From the NCBI RefSeq assembly GCF_006345805.1, contig NC_042998.1:176018001-176082000 (forward strand): DNA of 64,000 bases, read 5' to 3'. The translations under genes were made by a program, and so were the position numbers. Positions within the stretch are counted from its first letter, which is position 1. Every line of letters begins with the position of its first letter. Shown here in pieces: positions 24,183 through 38,971 of the stretch. The stretch comes from Octopus sinensis (lineage: Eukaryota). The notes under the pieces were generated by a model that saw only the letters and a program-made list of their open reading frames with translations, ran no database searches and was not told where the DNA came from.

Positions 24183-27100
24183 CCCCTTTTTAAGAAAGTG
24201 GTGCAATTTAGTATTTCTAGCATATCATCCCCTTTTTAAGAAAGTGGTTCAATTTAGTATTTCTAGCATATCATCCCCTTTTTAAGAAAGTGGTGCAATT
24301 TAGTATTTCTAGCATATCATCCCCTTTTTAAGAAAGTGGTGCAATTTAGTATTTCTAGCATATCATCCCCTTTTTAAGAAAGTGGTACAATTTAGTATTT
24401 CTAGCATATCATCCCCTTTTTAAGAAAGTGGTTCAATTTAGTATTTCTAGCATATCATCCCCTTTTTAAGAAAGTGGTGCAATTTAGTATTTCTAGCATA
24501 TCATCCCCTTTTTAAGAAAGTGGTGCAATTTAGTATTTCTAGCATATCATCCCCTTTTTAAGAAAGTGGTACAATTTAGTATTTCTAGCATATCATCCCC
24601 TTTTTAAGAAAGTGGTTCAATTTAGTATTTCTAGCATATCATCCCCTTTTTAAGAAAGTGGTGCAATTTAGTATTTCTAGCATATCATCCCCTTTTTAAG
24701 AAAGTGGTTCAATTTAGTATTTCTAGCATATCATCCCCTTTTTAAGAAAGTGGTTCAATTTAGTATTTCTAGCATATCATCCCCTTTTTAAGAAAGTGGT
24801 GCAATTTAGTATTTCTAGCATATCATCCCCTTTTTAAGAAAGTGGTTCAATTTAGTATTTCTAGCATATCATCCCCTTTTTAAGAAAGTGGTGCAATTTA
24901 GTATTTCTAGCATATCATCCCCTTTTTAAGAAAGTGGTTCAATTTAGTATTTCTAGCATATCATCCCCTTTTTAAGAAAGTGGTGCAATTTAGTATTTCT
25001 AGCATATCATCCCCTTTTTAAGAAAGTGGTACAATTTAGTATTTCTAGCATATCATCCCCTTTTTAAGAAAGTGGTTCAATTTAGTATTTCTAGCATATC
25101 ATCCCCTTTTTAAGAAAGTGGTGTCAATTTAGTATTTCTAGCATATCATCCCCTTTTTAAGAAAGTGGTGCAATTTAGTATTTCTAGCATATCATCCCCT
25201 TTTTAAGAAAGTGGTACAATTTAGTATTTCTAGCATATCATCCCCTTTTAAGAAAGTGGTCAATTTAGTATTTCTAGCATATCATCCCCTTTTTAAGAAG
25301 TGGTGCAATTTAGTATTTCTAGCATATCATCCCCTTTTAAGAAAGTGGTACAATTTAGTATTTCTAGCATATCATCCCCTTTTTAAGAAAGTGGTTCAAT
25401 TTAGTATTTCTAGCATATCATCATCCCCTTTTTAAGAAAGTGGTGCAATTTAGTATTTCTAGCATATCATCCCCTTTTTAAGAAGTGGTGCAATTTAGTA
25501 TTTCTAGCATATCATCCCCTTTTTAAGAAAGTGGTTCAATTTAGTATTTCTAGCATATCATCCCCTTTTTAAGAAAGTGGTTCAATTTAGTATTTCTAGC
25601 ATATCATCCCCTTTTTAAGAAAGTGGTGCAATTTAGTATTCTAGCATATCATCCCCTTTTTAAGAAAGTGGTTCAATTTAGTATTTCTAGCATATCATCC
25701 CCTTTTAAGAAAGTGGTGCATTTAGTATTTCTAGCATATCATCATCCCCTTTTTAAAAGTGGTTCAATTTAGTATTTCTAGCATATCATCCCCTTTTTAA
25801 GAAAGTGGTTCAATTTAGTATTTCTCTAGCATATCATCCCCTTTTTAAGAAAGTGGTGCAATTTAGTATTTCTAGCATATCATCCCCTTTTTAAGAAAGT
25901 GGTTCAATTTAGTATTTCTAGCATATCATCCCCTTTTTAAGAAAGTGGTGCAATTTAGTATTTCTAGCATATCTCATCCCTTTTTAAGAAAGTGGTTCAA
26001 TTTAGTATTTCTAGCATATCATCCCCTTTTTAAGAAAGTGTTCAATTTAGTATTTCTAGCATATCATCCCCTTTTAAGAAAGTGGTGCAATTTAGTATTT
26101 CTAGCATATCATCCCCTTTTTAAGAAAGTGGTTCAATTTAGTATTTCTAGCATATCATCCCCTTTTTAAGAAAGTGGTTCAATTTAGTATTTCTAGCATA
26201 TCATCCCCTTTTTAAGAAAGTGGTGCAATTTAGTATTTCTAGCATATCATCCATCCCCTTTTAAGAAAGTGGTTCAATTAGTATTTCTAGCATCATCCCC
26301 TTTTTAGAAAGTGGTGCAATTTAGTATTTCTAGCATATCATCCCTTTTTAAGAAAGTGGTTCAATTTAGTATTTCTAGCATATCATCCCCTTTTTAAGAA
26401 AGTGGTTCAATTTAGTATTCTAGCATATCATCCCCTTTTTAAGAAAGTGGTTCAATTTAGTATTTCTAGCATATCATCCCTTTTTAAGAAAGTGGTGCAA
26501 TTTAGTATTTCTATCATATCATCCCCTTTTTAAGAAAGTGGTGCAATTTAGTATTTCTAGCATATCATCCCCTTTTTAAGAAAGTGGTTCAATTTAGTAT
26601 TTCTAGCATATCATCCCCTTTTTAAGAAAGTGGTGCAATTTAGTATTTCTAGCATATCATCCATCCCTTTTTAAGAAAGTGGTTCAATTTAGTATTTCTA
26701 GCATATCATCCCCTTTTTAAGAAAGTGGTGCAATTTAGTATTTCTAGCATATCATCATCCCCTTTTTAAGAAAGTGGTTCAATTTAGTATTTCTAGCATA
26801 TCATCCCCTTTTTAAGAAAGTGGTGCAATTTAGTATTTCTAGCATATATCATCCCCTTTTTAAGAAAGTGGTTCAATTTAGTATTTCTAGCATATCATCC
26901 CCTTTTTAAGAAAGTGGTGCAATTTAGTATTTCTAGCATATCATCCCCTTTTTAAGAAAGTGGTGCAATTTAGTATTTCTAGCATATCATCCCCTTTTTA
27001 AGAAAGTGGTGCAATTTAGTATTTCTAGCATATCATCCCCTTTTTAAGAAAGTGGTGCAATTTAGTATTTCTAGCATATCATCCCTTTTTAAGAAAGTGG

Positions 27101-30100
27101 TTCAATTTAGTATTTCTAGCATATCATCCCCTTTTTAAGAAAGTGGTTCAATTTAGTATTCTAGCATATCATCCCCTTTTTAAGAAAGTGGTGCAATTTA
27201 GTATTTCTAGCAATATCATCCCCTTTTTAAGAAAGTGGTTCAATTTAGTATTTCTAGCATATCATCCCCTTTTTAAGAAAGTGGTTCAATTTAGTATTTC
27301 TAGCATATCATCCCCTTTTTAAAGAAAGTGGTGCAATTTAGTATTTCTAGCATATCATCCCCTTTTTAAGAAAGTGGTGCAATTTAGTATTTCTAGCATA
27401 TCATCCCCTGTTTAAGAAAGTGGTTCAATTTAGTATTTCTAGCATATCATCCCCTTTTTAAGAAAGTGGTGCAATTTAGTATTTCTAGCATATCATCCCC
27501 TTTTTAGAAAGTGGTGCAATTTAGTATTTCTAGCATATCATCCCCTTTTTAAGAAAGTGGTTCAATTTAGTATTTCTAGCATATCATCCCCTTTTTAAGA
27601 AAGTGGTGCAATTTAGTATTTCTAGCATATCATCCCCTTTTTAAGAAAGTGGTGCAATTTAGTATTTCTAGCATATCATCCCCTTTTTAAGAAAGTGGTG
27701 CAATTTAGTATTTCTAGCATATCATCATCCCCTTTTTAAGAAAGTGGTGCAATTTAGTATTTCTAGCATATCATCCCCTTTTTAAGAAAGTGGTGCAATT
27801 TAGTATTTCTAGCATATCATCCCCTTTTTAAGAAAGTGGTGCAATTTTGTATTTCTAGCATATCATCCCCTTTTTAAGAAAGTGTTCAATTTAGTATTTC
27901 TAGCATATCATCCCTTTTTAAGAAAGTGGTTCAATTTAGTATTTCTAGCATATCATCCCCTTTTTAAGAAAGTGGTTCAATTTAGTATTTCTAGCATATC
28001 ATCCCCTTTTTAAGAAAGTGGTTCAATTTAGTATTTCTAGCATATCATCCCCTTTTTAAGAAAGTGGTGCAATTTAGTATTTCTAGCATATCATCCCCTT
28101 TTTAAGAAAGTGGTTCAATTTAGTATTTCTAGCATATCATCCCCTTTTTAAGAAAGTGGTGCAATTTAGTATTTCTAGCATATCATCCCCTTTTTAAGAA
28201 AGTGGTTCAATTTAGTATTTCTAGCATATCATCCCCTTTTTAAGAAAGTGGTGCAAAGTATTTCTAGCATATCATCCCCTTTTTAAGAAAGTGGTTCAAT
28301 TTAGTATTTCTAGCATATCATCCCCTTTTTAAGAAAGTGGTTCAATTTAGTATTTCTAGCATATCATCCCCTTTTTAAGAAAGTGGTGCAATTTAGTATT
28401 TCTAGCATATCATCCCCTTTTTAAGAAAGTGGTGCAATTTAGTATTTCTAGCATATCATCCCTCTTTTTTAAGAAAGTGGTTCAATTTAGTATTTCTAGC
28501 ATATCATCCCCTTTTTAAGAAAGTGGTGCAATTTAGTATTTCTAGCATATCATCCCCCTTTTTAAGAAAGTGGTGCAATTTTGTATTTCTAGCATATCAT
28601 CCCCTTTTTTAAGAGTGGTTCAATTTAGTATTTCTAGCATATCATCCCCTTTTTAAGAAAGTGGTGCAATTTAGTATTTCTAGCATATCATCCCCTTTTT
28701 AAGAAAGTGGTGCAATTTTGTATTTCTAGCATATCATCCCCTTTTTAAGAAAGTGGTGCAATTTAGTATTTCTATCATATCATCCCCTTTTTAAGAAAGT
28801 GGTGCAATTTAGTATTTCTAGCATATCATCCCCTTTTTAAGAAAGTGGTGCAATTTTGTATTTCTAGCATATCATCCCCTTTTTAAGAAAGTGGTTCAAT
28901 TTAGTATTTCTAGCATATCATCCCCTTTTTAAGAAAGTGGTGCAATTTAGTATTTCTAGCATATCATCCCCTTTTTAAGAAAGTGGTTCAATTTAGTATT
29001 TCTAGCATATCATCCCCTTTTTAAGAAAGTGGTTCAATTTAGTATTTCTAGCATATCATCCCCTTTTTAAGAAGTGGTGCAATTTTGTATTTCTAGCATA
29101 TCATCCCCCTTTTTAAGAAAGTGGTGCAATTTAGTATTTCTAGCATATCATCCCCTTTTTAAGAAAGTGGTGCAATTTTGTATTTCTAGCATATCATCCC
29201 CTTTTCCCCTTTTAAGAAAGTGGTTCAATTTTGTATTTCTGGCATATCATCCCCTTTTTAAGAAAGTGGTGCAATTTTGTATTTCTGGCATATCATCCCC
29301 TTTTTAAGAAAGTGGTGCAATTTTGTATTTCTGGCATATCATCCCCTTGTTAAGAAAGTGGTGCAATTTTGTATTTCTGGCATATCATCCCTTTTTAAGA
29401 AAGTGTTTCAATTTTGTATTTCTGGCATATCATCCCCTTTTTAAGAAAGTGGTGCAATTTTGTATTTCTGGCATATCATCCCCTTTTTAAGAAAGTGGTG
29501 CAATTTTGTATTTCTGGCATATCATCCCCTTTTTAAGAAAGTGGTTCAATTTTGTATTTCTGGCATATCATCCCCTTTTTAAGAAAGTGGTGCAATTTTG
29601 TATTTCTGGCATATCATCCCCTTTTTAAGAAAGTGGTGCAATTTTGTATTTCTGGCATATCATCCCCTTTTTAAGAAAGTGGTTCAATTTTGTATTTCTG
29701 GCATATCATCCCCTTTTTAAGAAAGTGGTGCAATTTTGTATTTCTGGCATATCATCCCCTTTTTAAGAAAGTGGTTCAATTTTGTATTTCTGGCATATCA
29801 TCCCCTTTTTAAGAAAGTGGTGCAATTTTGTATTTCTGGCATATCATCCCCTTTTTAAGAAAGTGGTTCAATTTTGTATTTCTGGCATATCATCCCCTTT
29901 TTAAGAAAGTGGTGCAATTAGTATTTCTAGCATATCATCCCCTTTTTAAGAAAGTGGTGCAATTTTGTATTTCTAGCATATCCCCCTTTTTAAGAAAGTG
30001 GTGCAATTTAGTATTTCTAGCATCATCCCCTTTTTAAGAAAGTGGTGCAATTTTGTATTTCTAGCATATCATCCCCTTTTTAAGAAAGTGGTGCAATTTA

Positions 30101-30256
30101 GTATTTCTAGCATATCATCCCCTTTTTAAGAAAGTGGTGCAATTTTGTATTTCTAGCATATCATCCCCTTTTTAAGAAAGTGGTTCAATTTAGTATTTCT
30201 AGCATATCATCCCCTTTTTAAGAAAGTGGTGCAATTTAGTATTTCTAGCATATCAT
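24183..30256. repeat. Tandem array of a 46-bp unit, ~132 copies
   Basis: Unit cccctttttaagaaagtggt(g/t/a)caattt(a/t)gtatttct(a/g)gcatatcat. aagaaagtgg recurs at 24192 and 24238. No spacers. Confidence 0.98.
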
Positions 30257-32742
30257 ATGACCACTAGGTGCTTCCATGTTGGTTCCAATACTTTCCTTAT
30301 TTTGTGGCATAAATAAAACGCTTGGCGCCTAATCACGACCAACATGCACATTTCTTTTAACCACTGATTTATAAGTATACTTGGTCTGGTATACTTAACA
30401 GCAACTACAGACCTAATTCAGTTGGCCTATCACATATTCTGATGCAATTTTAAGTTTTAGATTTATTTAATTTTAAAACTCTCCTTAGTAAAAGCACAAT
30501 GGAATTTTTCAATATTTAGTATTTTATAAGGTTCTTTAAGTGAAACTATAACTCTGTGTAACAGCGGTTTCATTTAAACAGAGAAACACACGGTGGTAGG
30601 AGATGAGCTATGCAGTTGACATAACCTACCTCATTATCTTACTGATTACGAAAAAAAAAAAAAGGAAAACTGAAAATTGGAAGCAAACCTACAAGGCAGC
30701 TTAACTAACAAAGAATTGAGAGTATATACGCAGGAAATACTATTTTCGTGCCATTCTAACGAAAGTGCTAATTACATACGCAGAGTGTAATATCATGAAA
30801 TATTGTCGAAGTTCTTATTCATGAAAGTAGCAAGTGTGAAGATTCTATGATACAAGGAACTGTTCCAAGTAGTGAAACTTTACTCTGAAGAATATTGTCG
30901 AAAATAATGAGCAAATTATATAAGTGTAGAAAACTGTCATTGGAGAATATTTGCCAAAATTTGGCACAAGCAAATTAAGCCTTAATTTGGAAATAATTGT
31001 AAGTTCTCTAAGCTTGCATTATTCTTAATACTTGAAGGATTCCTCATCAGAAATATTTTGGGCTGAAATAATTATGGCGTGTTAAAGTACGCTGTAATTA
31101 TTTCAGTGTTTACTGAATTAAAATTAAAGCGTCAAATTGGCAGTTTAGAGTTTCAAATAGAGTGCATTGCAGTATTCTTTCTGGCTATCGGCGCTCGGTA
31201 TACAAATCCTGCCGAAGTCAACTCTTTTGCGATCGATAAAGTATTAGTTAAGTACTGTGACTAATTCTCCTCTCTCAGATTTGCCTACGTTGTGCCGCGA
31301 GAAGAATCATGGAAGATAAAACATTCCTATCTTCAAATACAGAAGGTTGAGTGAAAAGCTGGCAGCCTCTTCTCATAGAAATTCTGAAACTCCAAGGACT
31401 GTCCGATGTGTAGCATATCACAGAACAGTACTAAAAAATTGATATTCAAGAATTTCTCCTGATAATTAAAAATAAGGGTTTAATTTACGCCATGGTAAGT
31501 TCTAAGATCAAGTCATGTTGTTTTTAACAGTTGAATATTTTATGACGAGAAAATATCAAAACTGTTTTAAATATATGAAACCTAATTACGTTTATTAGTA
31601 GAAAACAACACATTAGCAATGCTAATAATAATTAGACCTATGATCTCTGGTCTCCCCTACTTCACTGCACTCTACTCAACCGTAGCTGTACATTTATAAC
31701 CAACTCACTGATGTATTAATGTTATATGATCCTGTATGAAAACTAAAATAATTCGTAAAAGTGCATCCATCAACCATAACGTGATCAAATAAATAGATAT
31801 TAGCTATGCAGCTAGACTTATAACCGCACAGCTTAAATCAACTAAAGCATAGGTTGGATTAGTAGTGGCTGGGACGCCTTTGATCGTAGGTATGATTGAT
31901 CAGGACTGATCTGGGTATAAGCAGAAGCAACTACGATAGCAACCAAAGCATATGATTCAACACAGCTTATGTTTAGTTCGTTCTTCAGCCAAACAATAAT
32001 TCTTTGGTTCAAAGTAAAAACTAATGAAATATCTGAAGTATATGAACAGATATAATGAGCATGAGTGTCGGTCGTACCGTATGAAGTAATCCCTCCGGGG
32101 AACTGAGTCTGTAGCTTCCGATTGTGGCTATTTCAATTACTATTCCAATGCCTAAGGAAAAGTATTAGCATAACAACTCCCATTCCTCTAATTTCTTTAT
32201 CCCTTCATGTCAATGCAACTGATCATCTTTTGTTGAATACACATGATTACGAAAGGTCAAACAGCTGAATATGTTCATACTACAAGAGTATGGATTAAAT
32301 AGATATTTATACTTTTTTTTCGTATAACCACGAATCTATGTTTCTTTACTAATATAATGAACACCTACGCCAAGGACATAAATCTATGATATTAATATAT
32401 TATTATTAGCACAGTAAGTGCGGTGGGTGTGTAGAATCAGTGAAGCACCAGACAAATATATTCCTGTGTTGAGTCGCACGGCTTTTCCATCTGAATTCAA
32501 ATATTGATAAAATCAAATTTACCTTTCATTTTTCCAGATGATCAATAGTTTATGTACCCGACGGCTGATATAATCAGCTGTTTCTCCCTCCAAATTTGAT
32601 ATCCATGTTGCTATGATCGAGGGCATTGTCGATTTATGGCAGTTTAAGACAAAGCATCAAACTTGTGGTATTTTAGTTGTCTTTGCGTTTTCATGTCATT
32701 CGTTGTTTTCATTGTTACAGATAGAGGGCGATATATATTATG

Positions 32743-32853
<111 letters not shown>

Positions 32854-32998
32854 TGTGTGTGTGTGTATGAGAGAGTGAGAGAGGTAGAAGACAGTTGTGA
32901 CATCGCTTGCAAGGTTGGACATAGCTTACTTGTATACACACAACAGATTAGACTGTTGGAAAAGAAAAATTCCTAACATCAGGCTACAACAAGTAACT

Positions 32999-33358
32999 TT
33001 AGATGCCAAGAACCCGCCTAAATATCCTAACTATCCCTAATAACACTATTTTTTGGAGCTGTACTAAAATGGGCTTTATGCCTATTTCTTCTATCCGCCT
33101 GTTCAAATCTTTAGGGATTGTTCCTAAAGCACCTATAACTACCGGATACATTTTACCCGCACTTTCCATAGTCTTTGTAATTCAATGGCTAGGTCCCGGT
33201 ACTTTGCTATTTTTTCTACACGGCTCATATTGATCTTTTCATCATTTGGGACTGTAAAGTCAATTATCTGGCACTTTCTATTCTCTTTATCTACTACTAC
33301 CAATTCAGGCCTTCTAACTTCTATTACTCTGTCAGTCTGAATGTTAAAGTCTCACAAC
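32999..33358 (-). pseudogene. R4/Dong-like non-LTR retrotransposon 3' fragment (restriction-like endonuclease)
   Basis: Minus strand reads DFNIQTDRVIEVRRPELVVVDKENRKCQIIDFTVPNDEKINMSRVEKIAKYRDLAIELQRL...VVIGALGTIPK...RRVLGI*. Confidence 0.85.
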
Positions 33359-33359
33359 A

Positions 33360-33431
<72 letters not shown>

Positions 33432-33434
<3 letters not shown>

Positions 33435-33687
33435 TAGTTTTATTTTTATATCGTGCTTTCACTTCACTACCGAGCGCAGCTCTGTGTGCCTTGGGTATGT
33501 GCTGTGATTTGTTGTGATGCTCTGATGGTTATTGTATGGAAAGTGTTCTGCGTAGGATGTGTGAAGTGCCTAGTAGTGCAATTTTCTGTATGTTATATGT
33601 GTTTGTAAGTCCTGGTGTTTTTGTTATGTATTTGTCTGAATATTTTTTTATCATGCCTAATGCACCTACTATGATAGGAATTGTTTC

Positions 33688-33689
<2 letters not shown>
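33432..33689 (-). pseudogene. Second R4/Dong-like 3' terminus with 3' UTR, bounded by (TAA)n on both sides
   Basis: ETIPIIVGALGMIKKYSDKYITKTPGLTNTYNIQKIALLGTSHILRRTLSIQ* (stop 33529-33531). Confidence 0.85.
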
Positions 33690-33750
<61 letters not shown>

Positions 33751-34834
33751 AGTGTGCTTATGTCAGAAATTATTGGTTGGTACTAGGACTAATAAGATCA
33801 TTGAAACTAGTAACAATTGTGTAACATTTCAGCGTGGAACCAAATTCTGGATGGAAAGCAAACTTCGCTACTACACTTATTCAAACACAATTCTTAGAGT
33901 CAAGGTTTTCTCAGATTTTCAAATCTCAAGTTAATACAAGTTCAAGTTATTCAGCCATTTCAAATGAAATTACAACATCAGCTGGAGGAAACTGTTCATC
34001 AGTTCATCAGCAGGAACTGCAACAAGAAAATAGATGCGGTTGATGTTCAGTAAATCAATGTTTGCGAAATTTAAAGCAAGACGTAAGGGAGAAGCAAAGG
34101 GCTGCAGGCATTTCGGGATAAAATATTGCATAAAAGATCATCCTTTTAGAGAAAATTAACCTCAACGGTCGATTTAGATCGCATTATAACACAAATTATT
34201 GAACTCGAATACTTTGATGATAAATTTTTTCATGCTGCTTCAGTAACGCGTCGAACTGAATGGCTTGCACTATTTAGTTACCTCCCTTTGCGTTTTTAGG
34301 TCAAATCCCAGTGAAACCTGTTTTAGTCTTTATCCTTCGAGCGACCGAAAATATTAAGTGCGAATCAAATACTAGGGGCTATTTATTCAATTAAAGTCCT
34401 TCCTCTAAAATATGTGGCTCCTCGTTACTGTGGCAAATCATTATTGATATGTATGCACTTTGGAGATAATATGCAAAATAGATTTTAACATTCCTTCAAC
34501 AGATCAATGGAAAAATCGCAATGAATGCAAGGAAGACGTCTTATATCCAATACGATAGATCCTTCTGATGAATTCACTATTTTTAAGCATTGCAAAAAGA
34601 AATCGAATGAATAGATATATTTCAAGATGATGAAAAAAAGAAAAACCCTCAAAAGAACGCATTACATAAAATGAAAAGCAACAAATGCTATAGATAACAA
34701 AACATGTTTATATTATGAAATATAATATTTTTCTTACATTTTATTTCTCCTCTTTTGCCTCATCGTCCGATGAACGGCAACGGGAAACTCAGAGTAACAG
34801 GTTTTGTTGAATTTTTCTGCTGCTTTAAATAAAG

Positions 34835-34884
<50 letters not shown>

Positions 34885-35229
34885 TACGTTTGTACATATG
34901 TATTTATGTATATATCTGTGTAGTGATTATACACAGACGCACAGATATACACACACTCGTACACGCACACGCACGTACACGCACACACACGCACACACAC
35001 ACGCACACACACACACACACACACGCACTCATATATATACCATAGATCTATATTGTTACCTTCAAACCGTCAAACGAGTACGATCAGCCGACCAAATTAA
35101 ACCAGTATTCGGAGGTAACATGTTTCTCTCTTTCTTTCTCTTCCATCGCCCCCTCTTTCTCTCTCACACACTAGTACACATTCACGAATATACACAAGCA
35201 TATGTCAACAAATATTTGTAGAGACATGT

Positions 35230-36265
35230 AGAAGTATGCTTCCTAATGGCTCAAGGGCCACATTCCCTCAGTTACTGCATGGATGAAGAAATGCAGCATC
35301 TACTTTACTACCCTACTGTTGATGAACCAAATGATACTTCACCCAACCAGGAGCGCTGATACTTTAGTTCTCTGCTTCACAAATCATAGAACTCATCAAT
35401 GATGTGTAGATGATGCCTATGATGATTATCCCCCACAATAATATAATTATAGAATTAACAATGTACAGCTCAAAGGAAGCTGTAGGCATGCACCTCACAA
35501 GAAGCACTAAAATGCTCCAACACGAATGCCCAGGGGGCTCACAAAAATGTGTTTAAAAACAAATCTAACAGAACTGGCTTGAAAGTCTCACCAGCGAGAC
35601 AATGACTTGAATCTGAAGTAATATAAGTTAATAATGTAAATCGTATACATAAAATATGATTCAGGGACAAAATTCAATATTCACAAAAATATAATTCCCA
35701 AGGACGAAAATATTCTGATGAGATATACATCAAATATTTCAAATCGTTTAAATCCCACCCCCAAAATGGAGAAGTGTGGTGAGCAGCAAAATATCCTACT
35801 TAAAAAAACACTCCTTGAAAGCGATAATAAAGCAAAACGCTCCCATAGAAAAGAGAGAGTAGAAAAACCAAATAAAATTGTAGATAAAATAAGATAAAAG
35901 CGAACCCGAAGGTTTATTGTAAATTTGCAAAGTACATTTTGAAAATGAGGGCAGTGTTCAAAGGTAACAGCTTACTAGCTGCAATCCACTAAAGAGGAAG
36001 TGAAATACTGAATGAACAATTCGAAAGTGTTTTCACTATCCCAAGGGGACACTTACAAATAAACTTGTTATGCTTTCCAATACTCCACACTGAGAGTTAG
36101 CAACCATCGATTAAATCGATATAAGCAACTATAAATAAAATGAGCCTAAGCTCAGTAACAGGTTTGGTTTGAATTTCCATAATATTCTGGGAAGCATATA
36201 AAAAGGCTTCAGGAGAATCACTTGAGATACCTTTCGAAAGCTTTTTTGCAAGTGGTTAGGTAAGC
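35230..36265 (+). pseudogene. Heavily decayed CR1/L2-type LINE ORF2 (end of APE domain and linker)
   Basis: Across frameshifts: PTRSADTLVLCFTN, HNNIIIELTMY and SEILNEQFESVFTIP. Confidence 0.6.
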
Positions 36266-37986
36266 TGATATATATATTTTGCTGTAAAGGCTTTCGAAAA
36301 CCTTTATCATGGATTGATATGTCACAGATATAACTCAGATTGATTGATACGTTACATGAACTACCCAGCTAAGAGTGAAACTCAGAATAGATTGTCTACT
36401 TTGATATAATACACAGACACAGACACAGAGACACAGACACACACATATCCGTATTAGGATTTTGCTTGTTCACATATGAGCCTGTATGTATATAAACGAA
36501 GAGAAGTGTTACAGCGGCAGGAAAAAAAAGAAAAGAGAAGAAAGGTAAGTAGCTAAAAAAAAAGATAGAACAATAACCGAAGGGAAATAATGTGACAGAA
36601 GCTGCTACTACTCGAGAGAAGGTAAAAGGAATAGGATATTATAACACACAGACACACACACACATATGCACTACTACAGTTGTATATATTCACTGAACCA
36701 CATAACCAACAATTGAAAAGAGTTGACAGGGTGATGGTTGTCTCCTCTGCCTTTTTGACCAGAGTTAGTCATGAAACAACGATTGGCTATTCTTACTTTA
36801 ATTTAAATTTCTTGGTTCAGTCATTATTTTTTTTTTGCAGCAAACGTCCGTAGGTTATATGTGATTCCATTTGCTCTTCGTTATTTATAATATATATTTA
36901 AATATTATATATTTGTGACTAATAACCAAGTTCAAGAATGCTATCGTGAAAAAATGAAAAATAAAATCTCTGTTGGTCTATTTCTGACAAGAGTGTGAAA
37001 TGTTCACACAAACCTAATATGAATACATGTTACTAGAAGAGTACTCATGTTGCGTAACTGGAAAACCTTTAATAATAAATCTGCTCAACGAGGATTGAAC
37101 AGCACCAACAGAAAACAACCAAATGGTTCTCTGTGTCCTTCCTCGTCTTGTTGGCAGACGCTCCATCAATTCGTCAATCGTAGCACTTTATCGATACGGA
37201 AAGAATGACAAATTTGACCATGACTGATTTGAACCCAGGACGTAAAGAATGTAACTAAATATTAACACCAGATGACATTCTGTTCGACATCCAGCGACTC
37301 AATCGATATGCTGCCTTATTTCATTAGACGGGGAATGCATATAAATAAAAAAAGCGAAGATGCGTTATCACCGATTTATTTAGCTTACACGTGTATCAAA
37401 TAGTGTGGTACGATTCAAGCGTTTCGCATTGCAATATGCATATATAATCAGTACTTCAGTCACTCGATTAAATTGCTAGAAATACAGAGAAGATAGGTGT
37501 CCAGATAATTTTTCCAAAGTCAAAATACTTTCGGAAAGTTTTCTATTCATTGAGATATGGAAAGGAGGGTTAATAAGTAACATATACTAGACCACTGTCT
37601 CCATTTTATTGCCAAGTGTCCAAGTCAGAGTCAAGGGTGGTATCTTCATCAGATCTTATTAGTTTAATGACAGCTGTATGTATGTATCTAATTAAGATAG
37701 AATTGTAACTTAATCTGTGATGTCGTTAAGTGCGACCTAATTAATAGTAAAAGACAGCATAAATCTTACGAGAACTATAAAAGGAAATCAGTATCTAATA
37801 CGATTAATATAGAATTATATGCTTTTGGATGTTGGACGAAATTGTATTACGTAAAGTTACATTAAGTAAAATGCATCATATGTACACATTCACAAATATA
37901 CACATACGCACATGCGCTCGCACTATATAAATGCATACACATATACACACATACGCACATACATATATACACAAATGCAAAAAAAC

Positions 37987-38063
<77 letters not shown>

Positions 38064-38109
38064 ATATATATATCTATCTATCTATCTACACTCACACATA
38101 CAGATATAT

Positions 38110-38141
<32 letters not shown>

Positions 38142-38524
38142 GAATAGTGGTACAACAAGGCACAAATGTTCACTGGAAATAGCAGTCGATAATTTTACGA
38201 CACTTTTGTAAAGCTTCACTGTATATATTCTGGCAAAGATGTGTGCGGGCAGTGAGCATAAAAAATTTCATATTACCTCTAGGAAGAACATTAGATAAAT
38301 GGACAACCCAGAATTGGATAATCTGGACCTAGGTTTCGGACTTTTCAAATACGCTTGTTATATTAAATTTGATTAGTCTTCTTTAGCTATTTTTACCTAG
38401 ATAATATTTCAAATGTTGCTACATCACTGCCAGTATACTCGCCTGATCGCCTAGCCGTTAACAAAACTGAGAACAGTAAAAAAGTTTTCAATGATAAAAA
38501 ATAATCATTGCAATACAAATGTAT

Positions 38525-38664
<140 letters not shown>

Positions 38665-38748
38665 ATAAGATCGTTAATTTAAAATAACATAACGATCTTA
38701 TCAAGTGGCCAGCATGGAAAAAAATAACGTTGAAAGGTAATAATTATA

Positions 38749-38936
38749 AAAACTATAAATTAGGGTATCTACGAGATCCGGGATCTGGAATTATCCAATA
38801 ATTTTTTACTAGTTTCATCTTGTCTCTTTGTCTTCTCTCCGTGTTGCTATATGGACACTTAAGGTGGTTTTAGAGTCAGATCATGGCTGCTATTTTCAGC
38901 ATAGTGGTATCTCGTAGATATCCTAATTTATAGTTT

Positions 38937-38937
<1 letters not shown>
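38749..38937. mobile_element. MITE-like element with 29-bp terminal inverted repeats
   Basis: aaaactataaattagggtatctacgagat (38749-38777) vs atctcgtagatatcctaatttatagtttt (38909-38937), one mismatch. Confidence 0.75.

Positions 38938-38971
<34 letters not shown>

Noticed and set aside
24183-24230. 46-bp unit as a duplicated piece of the adjacent LINE RT (PLxKKG-like reading on the minus strand)
   Set aside because: Spacing to WK and to the downstream motifs does not fit, and no NYRPI motif follows.
24183-30256. CRISPR array
   Set aside because: Units are contiguous with no unique spacers, there are no cas genes, and the context is eukaryotic.
33834-34043. Short ORFs as host exons
   Set aside because: No convincing donor and no recognisable homology.
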